From Eledone cirrhosa (lineage: Eukaryota): 64,000 nucleotides of DNA. The stretch is from positions 22,927 through 86,926 of the forward strand of contig CAXHJY010000888.1 of assembly GCA_964016885.1 (NCBI GenBank), in the 5' to 3' direction. The number at the start of each line of letters is the position of its first letter. Position 1 is the first letter of the stretch. Below, in pieces: positions 1 through 15,000 of the stretch. The notes below the pieces were generated by a model. It saw nothing but the letters and a program-made list of their open reading frames with translations, was not told the origin of the DNA and searched no databases. The position numbers and the translations under genes are program-made.

Positions 1-3000
1 CAACCCTTTCCTTACCATATATCTAATGACCGACGGTGTCTATGTCATTAACCCTTTCCTTACCATATATCTAATGACCGACAGTGTCTATGTTATCAAC
101 CCTTTCCTTACCATATATCTAATGACCGACGGTGTCTATGTTATCAACCCTTTCCTTACCATATATCTAATGCCCGACGGTGTCTATGTCATTAACCCTT
201 TCCTTACCATATATCTAATGACCGACGGTGTCTATGTTATCAACCCTTTCCTTACCATATATCTAATGACCGACGGTGTCTATGTCATTAACCCTTTCAT
301 TACCATATATCTAATGACCGACAGTGTCTATGTCATTAACCCTTTCCTTACCATATATCTAATGCCCGACGGTATCTATGTCATCAACCCTTTCCTTACC
401 ATATATCTAATGACCGACGGTGTCTAATATTATCAACCCTTTCCTTACCATATATCTAATGCCCGACGGTGTCTATGTCATTAACCCTTTCCTTACCATA
501 TATCTAATGACCGAGAGTGTCTATGTCATTAACCCTTTCCTTACCATATATCTAATGCCCGACGGTGTCTATGTCATTAACCCTTTCCTTACCATATATC
601 TAATGCCCGACGGTATCTATGTCATCAACCCTTTCCTTACCATATATCTAATGACCGACGGTGTCTATGTTATCAACCCTTTCCTTACCATATATCTAAT
701 GCCCGACGGTGTCTATGTCATTATCCCTTTCCTTACCATATATCTAATGACCGACGGTGTCTATGTTATCAACCCTTTCCTTACCATATATCTAATGACC
801 GACGGTGTCTATGTTATCAACCCTTTCCTTACCATATATCTAATGCCCGACGGTGTCTATGTCATTAACCCTTTCCTTACCATATATCTAATGACCGACG
901 GTGTCTATGTCATTATCCCTTTCCTTACCATATATCTAATGACCGACGGTGTCTATGTTATCAACCCTTTCCTTACCATATATCTAATGACAGACGGTGT
1001 CTATGTTATCAACCCTTTCCTTACCATTTATCTAATGACAGACGGTGTCTATGTTATCAACCCTTTCCTTACCATATATCTAATGCCCGACGGTATCTAT
1101 GTCATCAACCCTTTCCTTACCATATATCTAATGACCGACGGTATCTATGTCATCAACCCTTTCCTTACCATATATCTAATGACCGACGGTGTCTATGTTA
1201 TCAACCCTTTCCTTACCATATATCTAATGACCGACGGTGTCTATGTTATCAACCCTTTCCTTACCATATATCTAATGCCCGACGGTGTCTATGTCATTAA
1301 CCCTTTCCTTACCATATATCTAATGACCGACGGTGTCTATGTTATCAACCCTTTCCTTACCATATATCTAATGACAGACGGTGTCTATGTCATCAACCCT
1401 TTCCTTACCATATATCTAATGACCGACGGTGTCTATGTTATCAACCCTTTCCTTACCATATATCTAATGACCGACGGTGTCTATGTTATCAACCCTTTCC
1501 TTACCATATATCTAATGCCCGACGGTGTCTATGTCATTAACCCTTTCCTTACCATATATCTAATGACCGACGGTGTCTATGTTATCAACCCTTTCCTTAC
1601 CATATATCTAATGACAGACGGTGTCTATGTTATCAACCCTTTCCTTACCATATATCTAATGACAGACGGTGTCTATGTTATCAACCCTTTCCTTACCATT
1701 TATCTAATGACAGACGGTGTCTATGTTATCAACCCTTTCCTTACCATATATCTAATGACAGACGGTGTCTATGTTATCAACCCTTTCCTTACCATATATC
1801 TAATGACAGACGGTGTCTATGTTATCAACCCTTTCCTTACCATATATCTAATGACCGACGGTGTCTATGTTATCAACCCTTTCCTTACCATATATCTAAT
1901 GACCGAGAGTGTCTATGTTATCAACCCTTTCCTTACCATATATCTAATGACCGACGGTGTCTATGTTATCAATACTTTCCTTACCATATATCTAATGACC
2001 GACGGTGTCTATGTCATTAACCCTTTCCTTACCATATATCTAATGACCGAGAGTGTCTATGTCATCAACCCTTTCCTTACCATATATCTAATGCCCGACG
2101 GTATCTATGTCATCAACCCTTTCCTTACCATATATCTAATGACCGACGGTGTCTATGTTATCAACCCTTTCCTTACCATATATCTAATGACCGACGGTGT
2201 CTATGTCATTAACCCTTTCATTACCATATATCTAATGACCGACAGTGTCTATGTCATCAACCCTTTCCTTACCATATATCTAACGACCGACAGTGTCTAT
2301 GTCATCAACCCTTTCCTTACCATATATCTAATGACCGACAGTGTCTATGTCATTAACCCTTTCCTTACCATATATCTAATGCCCGACGGTATCTATGTCA
2401 TCAACCCTTTCCTTACCATATATCTAATGACCGACGGTGTCTAATATTATCAACCCTTTCCTTACCATATATCTAATGCCCGACGGTGTCTATGTCATTA
2501 ACCCTTTCCTTACCATATATCTAATGACCGAGAGTGTCTATGTCATTAACCCTTTCCTTACCATATATCTAATGCCCGACGGTGTCTATGTCATTAACCC
2601 TTTCCTTACCATATATCTAATGCCCGACGGTGTCTATGTCATTAACCCTTTCCTTACCATATATCTAATGACCGAGAGTGTCTATGTCATTAACCCTTTC
2701 CTTACCATATATCTAATGCCCGACGCTGTCTATGTCATTAACCCTTTCCTTACCATATATCTAATGCCCGACGGTATCTATGTCATCAACCCTTTCCTTA
2801 CCATATATCTAATGACCGACGGTGTCTATGTTATCAACCCTTTCCTTACCATATATCTAATGACCGACGGTGTCTATGTTATCAACCCTTTCCTTCCCAT
2901 ATATCTAATGCCCGACGGTGTCTATGTCATTAACCCTTTCCTTACCATATATCTAATGACCGACGGTGTCTATGTTATCAACCCTTTCCTTACCATATAT

Positions 3001-6000
3001 CTAATGACAGACGGTGTCTATGTTATCAACCCTTTCCTTACCATTTATCTAATGACAGACGGTGTCTATGTTATCAACCCTTTCCTTACCATATATCTAA
3101 TGACCGACGGTGTCTATGTTATCAACCCTTTCCTTACCATATATCTAATGACCGACGGTGTCTATGTCATTAACCCTTTCCTTACCATATATCTAATAAC
3201 CGAGAGTGTCTATGTCATCAACCCTTTCCTTACCATATATCTAATGCCCGACGGTATCTATGTCATCAACCCTTTCCTTACCATATATCTAATGACCGAC
3301 GGTGTCTATGTTATCAACCCTTTCCTTACCATATATCTAATGACCGATGGTGTCTATGTCATTAACCCTTTCCTTACCATATATCTAATGACCGAGAGTG
3401 TCTATGTCATCAACCCTTTCCTTACCATATATCTAATGCCCGACGGTATCTATGTCATCAACCCTTTCCTTACCATATATCTAATGACCGACGGTGTCTA
3501 TGTTATCAACCCTTTCCTTACCATATATCTAATGACCGACGGTGTCTATGTTATCAACCCTTTCCTTACCATATATCTAATGACCGACGGTATCTATGTC
3601 ATCAACCCTTTCCTTACCATATATCTAATGACCGACGGTGTCTATGTTATCAACCCTTTCCTTACCATATATCTAATGCCCGACGGTGTCTATGTTATCA
3701 ACCCTTTCCTTACCATATATCTAATGACCGACGGTGTCTATGTCATTAACCCTTTCATTACCATATATCTAATGACCGACAGTGTCTATGTCATCAACCC
3801 TTTCCTTACCATATATCTAATGACCGACAGTGTCTATGTCATTAACCCTTTCCTTACCATATATCTAATGACCGACGGTGTCTATGTTATCAACCCTTTC
3901 CTTACCATATATCTAATGACCGATGGTGTCTATGTCATCAACCCTTTCCTTACCATATATCTAATGCCCGACGGTGTCTATGTTATCAACCCTTTCCTTA
4001 CCATATATCTAATGACCGACGGTGTCTATGTCATTAACCCTTTCATTACCATATATCTAATGACCGACAGTGTCTATGTCATCAACCCTTTCCTTACCAT
4101 ATATCTAATGACCGACAGTGTCTATGTCATTAACCCTTTCCTTACCATATATCTAATGACCGACGGTGTCTATGTTATCAACCCTTTCCTTACCATATAT
4201 CTAATGACCGATGGTGTCTATGTCATCAACCCTTTCCTTACCATATATCTAATGCCCGACGGTGTCTATGTCATCAACCCTTTCCTTACCATATATCTAA
4301 TGACCGACAGTGTCTATGTTATCAACCCTTTCCTTACCATATATCTAATGACCGACGGTGTCTATGTCATCAACCCTTTCCTTACCATATATCTAACGAC
4401 CGACAGTGTCTATGTCATCAACCCTTTCCTTACCATATATCTAATGACCGACAGTGTCTATGTCATCAACCCTTTCCTTACCATATATCTAATGACCGAC
4501 AGTGTCTATGTTATCAACCCTTTCCTTACCATATATCTAATGACCGACGGTGTCTATGTCATTAACCCTTTCCTTACCATATATCTAATGACCGACAGTG
4601 TCTATGTTATCAACCCTTTCCTTACCATATATCTAATGACCGACGGTGTCTATGTTATCAACCCTTTCCTTACCATATATCTAATGACCGACGGTGTCTA
4701 TGTCATTAACCCTTTCCTTACCATATATCTAATGCCCGACGGTATCTATGTCATCAACCCTTTCCTTACCATATATCTAATGACCGACGGTGTCTAATAT
4801 TATCAACCCTTTCCTTACCATATATCTAATGCCCGACGGTGTCTATGTCATTAACCCTTTCCTTACCATATATCTAATGACCGAGAGTGTCTATGTCATT
4901 AACCCTTTCCTTACCATATATCTAATGCCCGACGGTGTCTATGTCATTAACCCTTTCCTTACCATATATCTAATGCCCGACGGTATCTATGTCATCAACC
5001 CTTTCCTTACCATATATCTAATGACCGACGGTGTCTATGTTATCAACCCTTTCCTTACCATATATCTAATGACCGACGGTGTCTATGTTATCAACCCTTT
5101 CCTTACCATATATCTAATGCCCGACGGTGTCTATGTCATTAACCCTTTCCTTACCATATATCTAATGACCGACGGTGTCTATGTTATCAACCCTTTCCTT
5201 ACCATATATCTAATGACAGACGGTGTCTATGTTATCAACCCTTTCCTTACCATTTATCTAATGACAGACGGTGTCTATGTTATCAACCCTTTCCTTACCA
5301 TATATCTAATGACAGACGGTGTCTATGTTATCAACCCTTTCCTTACCATATATCTAATGACCGACGGTGTCTATGTTATCAACCCTTTCCTTACCATATA
5401 TCTAATGACCGACGGTGTCTATGTCATTAACCCTTTCCTTACCATATATCTAATGACCGAGAGTGTCTATGTCATCAACCCTTTCCTTACCATATATCTA
5501 ATGCCCGACGGTATCTATGTCATCAACCCTTTCCTTACCATATATCTAATGACCGACGGTGTCTATGTTATCAACCCTTTCCTTACCATATATCTAATGA
5601 CCGATGGTGTCTATGTCATTAACCCTTTCCTTACCATATATCTAATGACCGAGAGTGTCTATGTCATCAACCCTTTCCTTACCATATATCTAATGCCCGA
5701 CGGTATCTATGTCATCAACCCTTTCCTTACCATATATCTAATGACCGACGGTGTCTATGTTATCAACCCTTTCCTTACCATATATCTAATGACCGACGGT
5801 GTCTATGTCATTAACCCTTTCATTACCATATATCTAATGACCGACAGTGTCTATGTCATCAACCCTTTCCTTACCATATATCTAATGACCGACAGTGTCT
5901 ATGTCATCAACCCTTTCCTTACCATATATCTAATGACCGACAGTGTCTATGTTATCAACCCTTTCCTTACCATATATCTAATGACCGACGGTGTCTATGT

Positions 6001-9000
6001 CATCAACCCTTTCCTTACCATATATCTAACGACCGACAGTGTCTATGTCATCAACCCTTTCCTTACCATATATCTAATGACCGACAGTGTCTATGTCATC
6101 AACCCTTTCCTTACCATATATCTAATGACCGACAGTGTCTATGTTATCAACCCTTTCCTTACCATATATCTAATGACCGACGGTGTCTATGTCATTAACC
6201 CTTTCCTTACCATATATCTAATGACCGACAGTGTCTATGTTATCAACCCTTTCCTTACCATATATCTAATGACCGACGGTGTCTATGTTATCAACCCTTT
6301 CCTTACCATATATCTAATGCCCGACGGTGTCTATGTCATTAACCCTTTCCTTACCATATATCTAATGACCGACGGTGTCTATGTTATCAACCCTTTCCTT
6401 ACCATATATCTAATGACCGACGGTGTCTATGTCATTAACCCTTTCATTACCATATATCTAATGACCGACAGTGTCTATGTCATTAACCCTTTCCTTACCA
6501 TATATCTAATGCCCGACGGTATCTATGTCATCAACCCTTTCCTTACCATATATCTAATGACCGACGGTGTCTAATATTATCAACCCTTTCCTTACCATAT
6601 ATCTAATGCCCGACGGTGTCTATGTCATTAACCCTTTCCTTACCATATATCTAATGACCGAGAGTGTCTATGTCATTAACCCTTTCCTTACCATATATCT
6701 AATGCCCGACGGTGTCTATGTCATTAACCCTTTCCTTACCATATATCTAATGCCCGACGGTATCTATGTCATCAACCCTTTCCTTACCATATATCTAATG
6801 ACCGACGGTGTCTATGTTATCAACCCTTTCCTTACCATATATCTAATGCCCGACGGTGTCTATGTCATTATCCCTTTCCTTACCATATATCTAATGACCG
6901 ACGGTGTCTATGTTATCAACCCTTTCCTTACCATATATCTAATGACAGACGGTGTCTATGTTATCAACCCTTTCCTTACCATTTATCTAATGACAGACGG
7001 TGTCTATGTTATCAACCCTTTCCTTACCATATATCTAATGCCCGACGGTATCTATGTCATCAACCCTTTCCTTACCATATATCTAATGACCGACGGTATC
7101 TATGTCATCAACCCTTTCCTTACCATATATCTAATGACCGACGGTGTCTATGTTATCAACCCTTTCCTTACCATATATCTAATGACCGACGGTGTCTATG
7201 TTATCAACCCTTTCCTTACCATATATCTAATGCCCGACGGTGTCTATGTCATTAACCCTTTCCTTACCATATATCTAATGACCGACGGTGTCTATGTCAT
7301 TATCCCTTTCCTTACCATATATCTAATGACCGACGGTGTCTATGTTATCAACCCTTTCCTTACCATATATCTAATGACAGACGGTGTCTATGTTATCAAC
7401 CCTTTCCTTACCATTTATCTAATGACAGACGGTGTCTATGTTATCAACCCTTTCCTTACCATATATCTAATGCCCGACGGTATCTATGTCATCAACCCTT
7501 TCCTTACCATATATCTAATGACCGACGGTATCTATGTCATCAACCCTTTCCTTACCATATATCTAATGACCGACGGTGTCTATGTTATCAACCCTTTCCT
7601 TACCATATATCTAATGACCGACGGTGTCTATGTTATCAACCCTTTCCTTACCATATATCTAATGCCCGACGGTGTCTATGTCATTAACCCTTTCCTTACC
7701 ATATATCTAATGACCGACGGTGTCTATGTTATCAACCCTTTCCTTACCATATATCTAATGACAGACGGTGTCTATGTCATCAACCCTTTCCTTACCATAT
7801 ATCTAATGACCGACGGTGTCTATGTTATCAACCCTTTCCTTACCATATATCTAATGACCGACGGTGTCTATGTTATCAACCCTTTCCTTACCATATATCT
7901 AATGCCCGACGGTGTCTATGTCATTAACCCTTTCCTTACCATATATCTAATGACCGACGGTGTCTATGTTATCAACCCTTTCCTTACCATATATCTAATG
8001 ACAGACGGTGTCTATGTTATCAACCCTTTCCTTACCATATATCTAATGACAGACGGTGTCTATGTTATCAACCCTTTCCTTACCATTTATCTAATGACAG
8101 ACGGTGTCTATGTTATCAACCCTTTCCTTACCATATATCTAATGACAGACGGTGTCTATGTTATCAACCCTTTCCTTACCATATATCTAATGACAGACGG
8201 TGTCTATGTTATCAACCCTTTCCTTACCATATATCTAATGACCGACGGTGTCTATGTTATCAACCCTTTCCTTACCATATATCTAATGACCGAGAGTGTC
8301 TATGTTATCAACCCTTTCCTTACCATATATCTAATGACCGACGGTGTCTATGTTATCAATACTTTCCTTACCATATATCTAATGACCGACGGTGTCTATG
8401 TCATTAACCCTTTCCTTACCATATATCTAATGACCGAGAGTGTCTATGTCATCAACCCTTTCCTTACCATATATCTAATGCCCGACGGTATCTATGTCAT
8501 CAACCCTTTCCTTACCATATATCTAATGACCGACGGTGTCTATGTTATCAACCCTTTCCTTACCATATATCTAATGACCGACGGTGTCTATGTCATTAAC
8601 CCTTTCATTACCATATATCTAATGACCGACAGTGTCTATGTCATCAACCCTTTCCTTACCATATATCTAACGACCGACAGTGTCTATGTCATCAACCCTT
8701 TCCTTACCATATATCTAATGACCGACAGTGTCTATGTCATCAACCCTTTCCTTACCATATATCTAATGACCGACAGTGTCTATGTTATCAACCCTTTCCT
8801 TACCATATATCTAATGACCGACAGTGTCTATGTCATCAACCCTTTCATTACCATATATCTAATGACCGACAGTGTCTATGTCATCAACCCTTTCCTTACC
8901 ATATATCTAACGACCGACAGTGTCTATGTCATCAACCCTTTCCTTACCATATATCTAATGACCGACAGTGTCTATGTCATCAACCCTTTCCTTACCATAT

Positions 9001-12000
9001 ATCTAATGACCGACAGTGTCTATGTCATCAACCCTTTCCTTACCATATATCTAATGACCGACAGTGTCTATGTTATCAACCCTTTCCTTACCATATATCT
9101 AATGACCGACAGTGTCTATGTTATCAACCCTTTCCTTACCATATATCTAATGACCGACAGTGTCTATGTCATTAACCCTTTCCTTACCATATATCTAATG
9201 ACCGACAGTGTCTATGTTATCAACCCTTTCCTTACCATATATCTAATGACCGACGGTGTCTATGTTATCAACCCTTTCCTTACCATATATCTAATGCCCG
9301 ACGGTGTCTATGTCATTAACCCTTTCCTTACCATATATCTAATGACCGACGGTGTCTATGTTATCAACCCTTTCCTTACCATATATCTAATGACCGACGG
9401 TGTCTATGTCATTAACCCTTTCATTACCATATATCTAATGACCGACAGTGTCTATGTCATTAACCCTTTCCTTACCATATATCTAATGCCCGACGGTATC
9501 TATGTCATCAACCCTTTCCTTACCATATATCTAATGACCGACGGTGTCTAATATTATCAACCCTTTCCTTACCATATATCTAATGCCCGACGGTGTCTAT
9601 GTCATTAACCCTTTCCTTACCATATATCTAATGACCGAGAGTGTCTATGTCATTAACCCTTTCCTTACCATATATCTAATGCCCGACGGTGTCTATGTCA
9701 TTAACCCTTTCCTTACCATATATCTAATGCCCGACGGTGTCTATGTCATTAACCCTTTCCTTACCATATATCTAATGACCGAGAGTGTCTATGTCATTAA
9801 CCCTTTCCTTACCATATATCTAATGCCCGACGCTGTCTATGTCATTAACCCTTTCCTTACCATATATCTAATGCCCGACGGTATCTATGTCATCAACCCT
9901 TTCCTTACCATATATCTAATGACCGACGGTGTCTATGTTATCAACCCTTTCCTTACCATATATCTAATGACCGACGGTGTCTATGTTATCAACCCTTTCC
10001 TTACCATATATCTAATGCCCGACGGTGTCTATGTCATTAACCCTTTCCTTACCATATATCTAATGACCGACGGTGTCTATGTTATCAACCCTTTCCTTAC
10101 CATATATCTAATGACAGACGGTGTCTATGTTATCAACCCTTTCCTTACCATTTATCTAATGACAGACGGTGTCTATGTTATCAACCCTTTCCTTACCATA
10201 TATCTAATGACAGACGGTGTCTATGTTATCAACCCTTTCCTTACCATATATCTAATGACCGACGGTGTCTATGTTATCAACCCTTTCCTTACCATATATC
10301 TAATGACCGACGGTGTCTATGTCATTAACCCTTTCCTTACCATATATCTAATAACCGAGAGTGTCTATGTCATCAACCCTTTCCTTACCATATATCTAAT
10401 GCCCGACGGTATCTATGTCATCAACCCTTTCCTTACCATATATCTAATGACCGACGGTGTCTATGTTATCAACCCTTTCCTTACCATATATCTAATGACC
10501 GATGGTGTCTATGTCATCAACCCTTTCCTTACCATATATCTAATGACCGACAGTGTCTATGTCATCAACCCTTTCCTTACCATATATCTAATGACCGACA
10601 GTGTCTATGTTATCAACCCTTTCCTTACCATATATCTAATGACCGACGGTGTCTATGTCATTAACCCTTTCCTTACCATATATCTAATGACCGACAGTGT
10701 CTATGTTATCAACCCTTTCCTTACCATATATCTAATGACCGACGGTGTCTATGTTATCAACCCTTTCCTTACCATATATCTAATGACCGACGGTGTCTAT
10801 GTCATTAACCCTTTCCTTACCATATATCTAATGCCCGACGGTATCTATGTCATCAACCCTTTCCTTACCATATATCTAATGACCGACGGTGTCTAATATT
10901 ATCAACCCTTTCCTTACCATATATCTAATGCCCGACGGTGTCTATGTCATTAACCCTTTCCTTACCATATATCTAATGACCGAGAGTGTCTATGTCATTA
11001 ACCCTTTCCTTACCATATATCTAATGCCCGACGGTGTCTATGTCATTAACCCTTTCCTTACCATATATCTAATGCCCGACGGTATCTATGTCATCAACCC
11101 TTTCCTTACCATATATCTAATGACCGACGGTGTCTATGTTATCAACCCTTTCCTTACCATATATCTAATGACCGACGGTGTCTATGTTATCAACCCTTTC
11201 CTTACCATATATCTAATGCCCGACGGTGTCTATGTCATTAACCCTTTCCTTACCATATATCTAATGACCGACGGTGTCTATGTTATCAACCCTTTCCTTA
11301 CCATATATCTAATGACAGACGGTGTCTATGTTATCAACCCTTTCCTTACCATTTATCTAATGACAGACGGTGTCTATGTTATCAACCCTTTCCTTACCAT
11401 ATATCTAATGACAGACGGTGTCTATGTTATCAACCCTTTCCTTACCATATATCTAATGACCGACGGTGTCTATGTTATCAACCCTTTCCTTACCATATAT
11501 CTAATGACCGACGGTGTCTATGTCATCAACCCTTTCCTTACCATATATCTAATGCCCGACGGTATCTATGTCATCAACCCTTTCCTTACCATATATCTAA
11601 TGACCGACGGTGTCTATGTTATCAACCCTTTCCTTACCATATATCTAATGACCGACGGTGTCTATGTCATCAACCCTTTCCTTACCATATATCTAATGCC
11701 CGACGGTATCTATGTCATCAACCCTTTCCTTACCATATATCTAATGACCGACGGTGTCTATGTTATCAACCCTTTCCTTACCATATATCTAATGACCGAC
11801 GGTGTCTATGTCATTAACCCTTTCATTACCATATATCTAATGACCGACAGTGTCTATGTCATCAACCCTTTCCTTACCATATATCTAATGACCGACAGTG
11901 TCTATGTCATCAACCCTTTCCTTACCATATATCTAATGACCGACAGTGTCTATGTTATCAACCCTTTCCTTACCATATATCTAATGACCGACGGTGTCTA

Positions 12001-15000
12001 TGTCATCAACCCTTTCCTTACCATATATCTAACGACCGACAGTGTCTATGTCATCAACCCTTTCCTTACCATATATCTAATGACCGACAGTGTCTATGTC
12101 ATCAACCCTTTCCTTACCATATATCTAATGACCGACAGTGTCTATGTTATCAACCCTTTCCTTACCATATATCTAATGACCGACGGTGTCTATGTCATTA
12201 ACCCTTTCCTTACCATATATCTAATGACCGACAGTGTCTATGTTATCAACCCTTTCCTTACCATATATCTAATGACCGACGGTGTCTATGTTATCAACCC
12301 TTTCCTTACCATATATCTAATGCCCGACGGTGTCTATGTCATTAACCCTTTCCTTACCATATATCTAATGACCGACGGTGTCTATGTTATCAACCCTTTC
12401 CTTACCATATATCTAATGACCGACGGTGTCTATGTCATTAACCCTTTCATTACCATATATCTAATGACCGACAGTGTCTATGTCATTAACCCTTTCCTTA
12501 CCATATATCTAATGCCCGACGGTATCTATGTCATCAACCCTTTCCTTACCATATATCTAATGACCGACGGTGTCTAATATTATCAACCCTTTCCTTACCA
12601 TATATCTAATGCCCGACGGTGTCTATGTCATTAACCCTTTCCTTACCATATATCTAATGACCGAGAGTGTCTATGTCATTAACCCTTTCCTTACCATATA
12701 TCTAATGCCCGACGGTGTCTATGTCATTAACCCTTTCCTTACCATATATCTAATGCCCGACGGTAGCTATGTCATCAACCCTTTCCTTACCATATATCTA
12801 ATGACCGACGGTGTCTATGTTATCAACCCTTTCCTTACCATATATCTAATGCCCGACGGTGTCTATGTCATTATCCCTTTCCTTACCATATATCTAATGA
12901 CCGACGGTGTCTATGTTATCAACCCTTTCCTTACCATATATCTAATGACAGACGGTGTCTATGTTATCAACCCTTTCCTTACCATTTATCTAATGACAGA
13001 CGGTGTCTATGTTATCAACCCTTTCCTTACCATATATCTAATGCCCGACGGTATCTATGTCATCAACCCTTTCCTTACCATATATCTAATGACCGACGGT
13101 GTCTATGTTATCAACCCTTTCCTTACCATATATCTAATGACCGACGGTGTCTATGTCATTAACCCTTTCCTTACCATATATCTAATGACCGAGAGTGTCT
13201 ATGTCATCAACCCTTTCCTTACCATATATCTAATGCCCGACGGTATCTATGTCATCAACCCTTTCCTTACCATATATCTAATGACCGACGGTGTCTATGT
13301 TATCAACCCTTTCCTTACCATATATCTAATGACCGACGGTGTCTATGTCATTAACCCTTTCATTACCATATATCTAATGACCGACAGTGTCTATGTCATC
13401 AACCCTTTCCTTACCATATATCTAATGACCGACAGTGTCTATGTCATCAACCCTTTCCTTACCATATATCTAATGACCGACAGTGTCTATGTTATCAACC
13501 CTTTCCTTACCATATATCTAATGACCGACGGTGTCTATGTCATCAACCCTTTCCTTACCATATATCTAACGACCGACAGTGTCTATGTCATCAACCCTTT
13601 CCTTACCATATATCTAATGACCGACAGTGTCTATGTCATCAACCCTTTCCTTACCATATATCTAATGACCGACAGTGTCTATGTTATCAACCCTTTCCTT
13701 ACCATATATCTAATGACCGACGGTGTCTATGTCATTAACCCTTTCCTTACCATATATCTAATGACCGACAGTGTCTATGTTATCAACCCTTTCCTTACCA
13801 TATATCTAATGACCGACGGTGTCTATGTCATCAACCCTTTCCTTACCATATATCTAATGACCGACAGTGTCTATGTTATCAACCCTTTCCTTACCATATA
13901 TCTAATGACCGACGGTGTCTATGTCATTAACCCTTTCCTTACCATATATCTAATGACCGACAGTGTCTATGTCATCAACCCTTTCCTTACCATATATCTA
14001 ATGACCGACGGTGTCTATGTTATCAACCCTTTCCTTACCATATATCTAATGACCGACGGTGTCTATGTCATTAACCCTTTCCATACCATATATCTAATGA
14101 CCGACGGTGTCTATGTCATTAACCCTTTCCTTACCATATATCTAATGACCGACAGTGTCTATGTTATCAACCCTTTCCTTACCATATATCTAATGACCGA
14201 CGGTGTCTATGTTATCAACCCTTTCCTTACCATATATCTAATGACCGACAGTGTCTATGTCATCAACCCTTTCCTTACCATATATCTAATGACCGACAGT
14301 GTCTATGTTATCAACCCTTTCCTTACCATATATCTAATGACCGACAGTGTCTATGTCATTAACCCTTTCCTTACCATATATCTAATGACCGACAGTGTTT
14401 ATGTCATCAACCCTTTCCTTACCATATATCTAATGACCGACGGTGTCTATGTCATTAACCTTTTCCTTACCATATATATAATGACCGACGGTGTCTATGT
14501 TATCAACCCTTTCATTACCATATATCTAATGACCGACGGTGTCTATGTTATCAACCCTTTCCTTACCATATATCTAATGACCGACGGTGTCTATGTTATC
14601 AACCCTTTCCTTACCATATATCTAATGCCCGACGGTGTCTATGTCATTAACCCTTTCCTTACCATATATCTAATGACCGACGGTGTCTATGTTATCAACC
14701 CTTTCCTTACCATATATCTAATGACCGACGGTGTCTATGTCATTAACCCTTTCATTACCATATATCTAATGACCGACAGTGTCTATGTCATTAACCCTTT
14801 CCTTACCATATATCTAATGACCGACGGTGTCTATGTCATTAACCCTTTCCTTACCATATATCTAATGCCCGACGGTATCTATGTCATCAACCCTTTCCTT
14901 ACCATATATCTAATGACCGACGGTGTCTAATATTATCAACCCTTTCCTTACCATATATCTAATGCCCGACGGTGTCTATGTCATTAACCCTTTCCTTACC

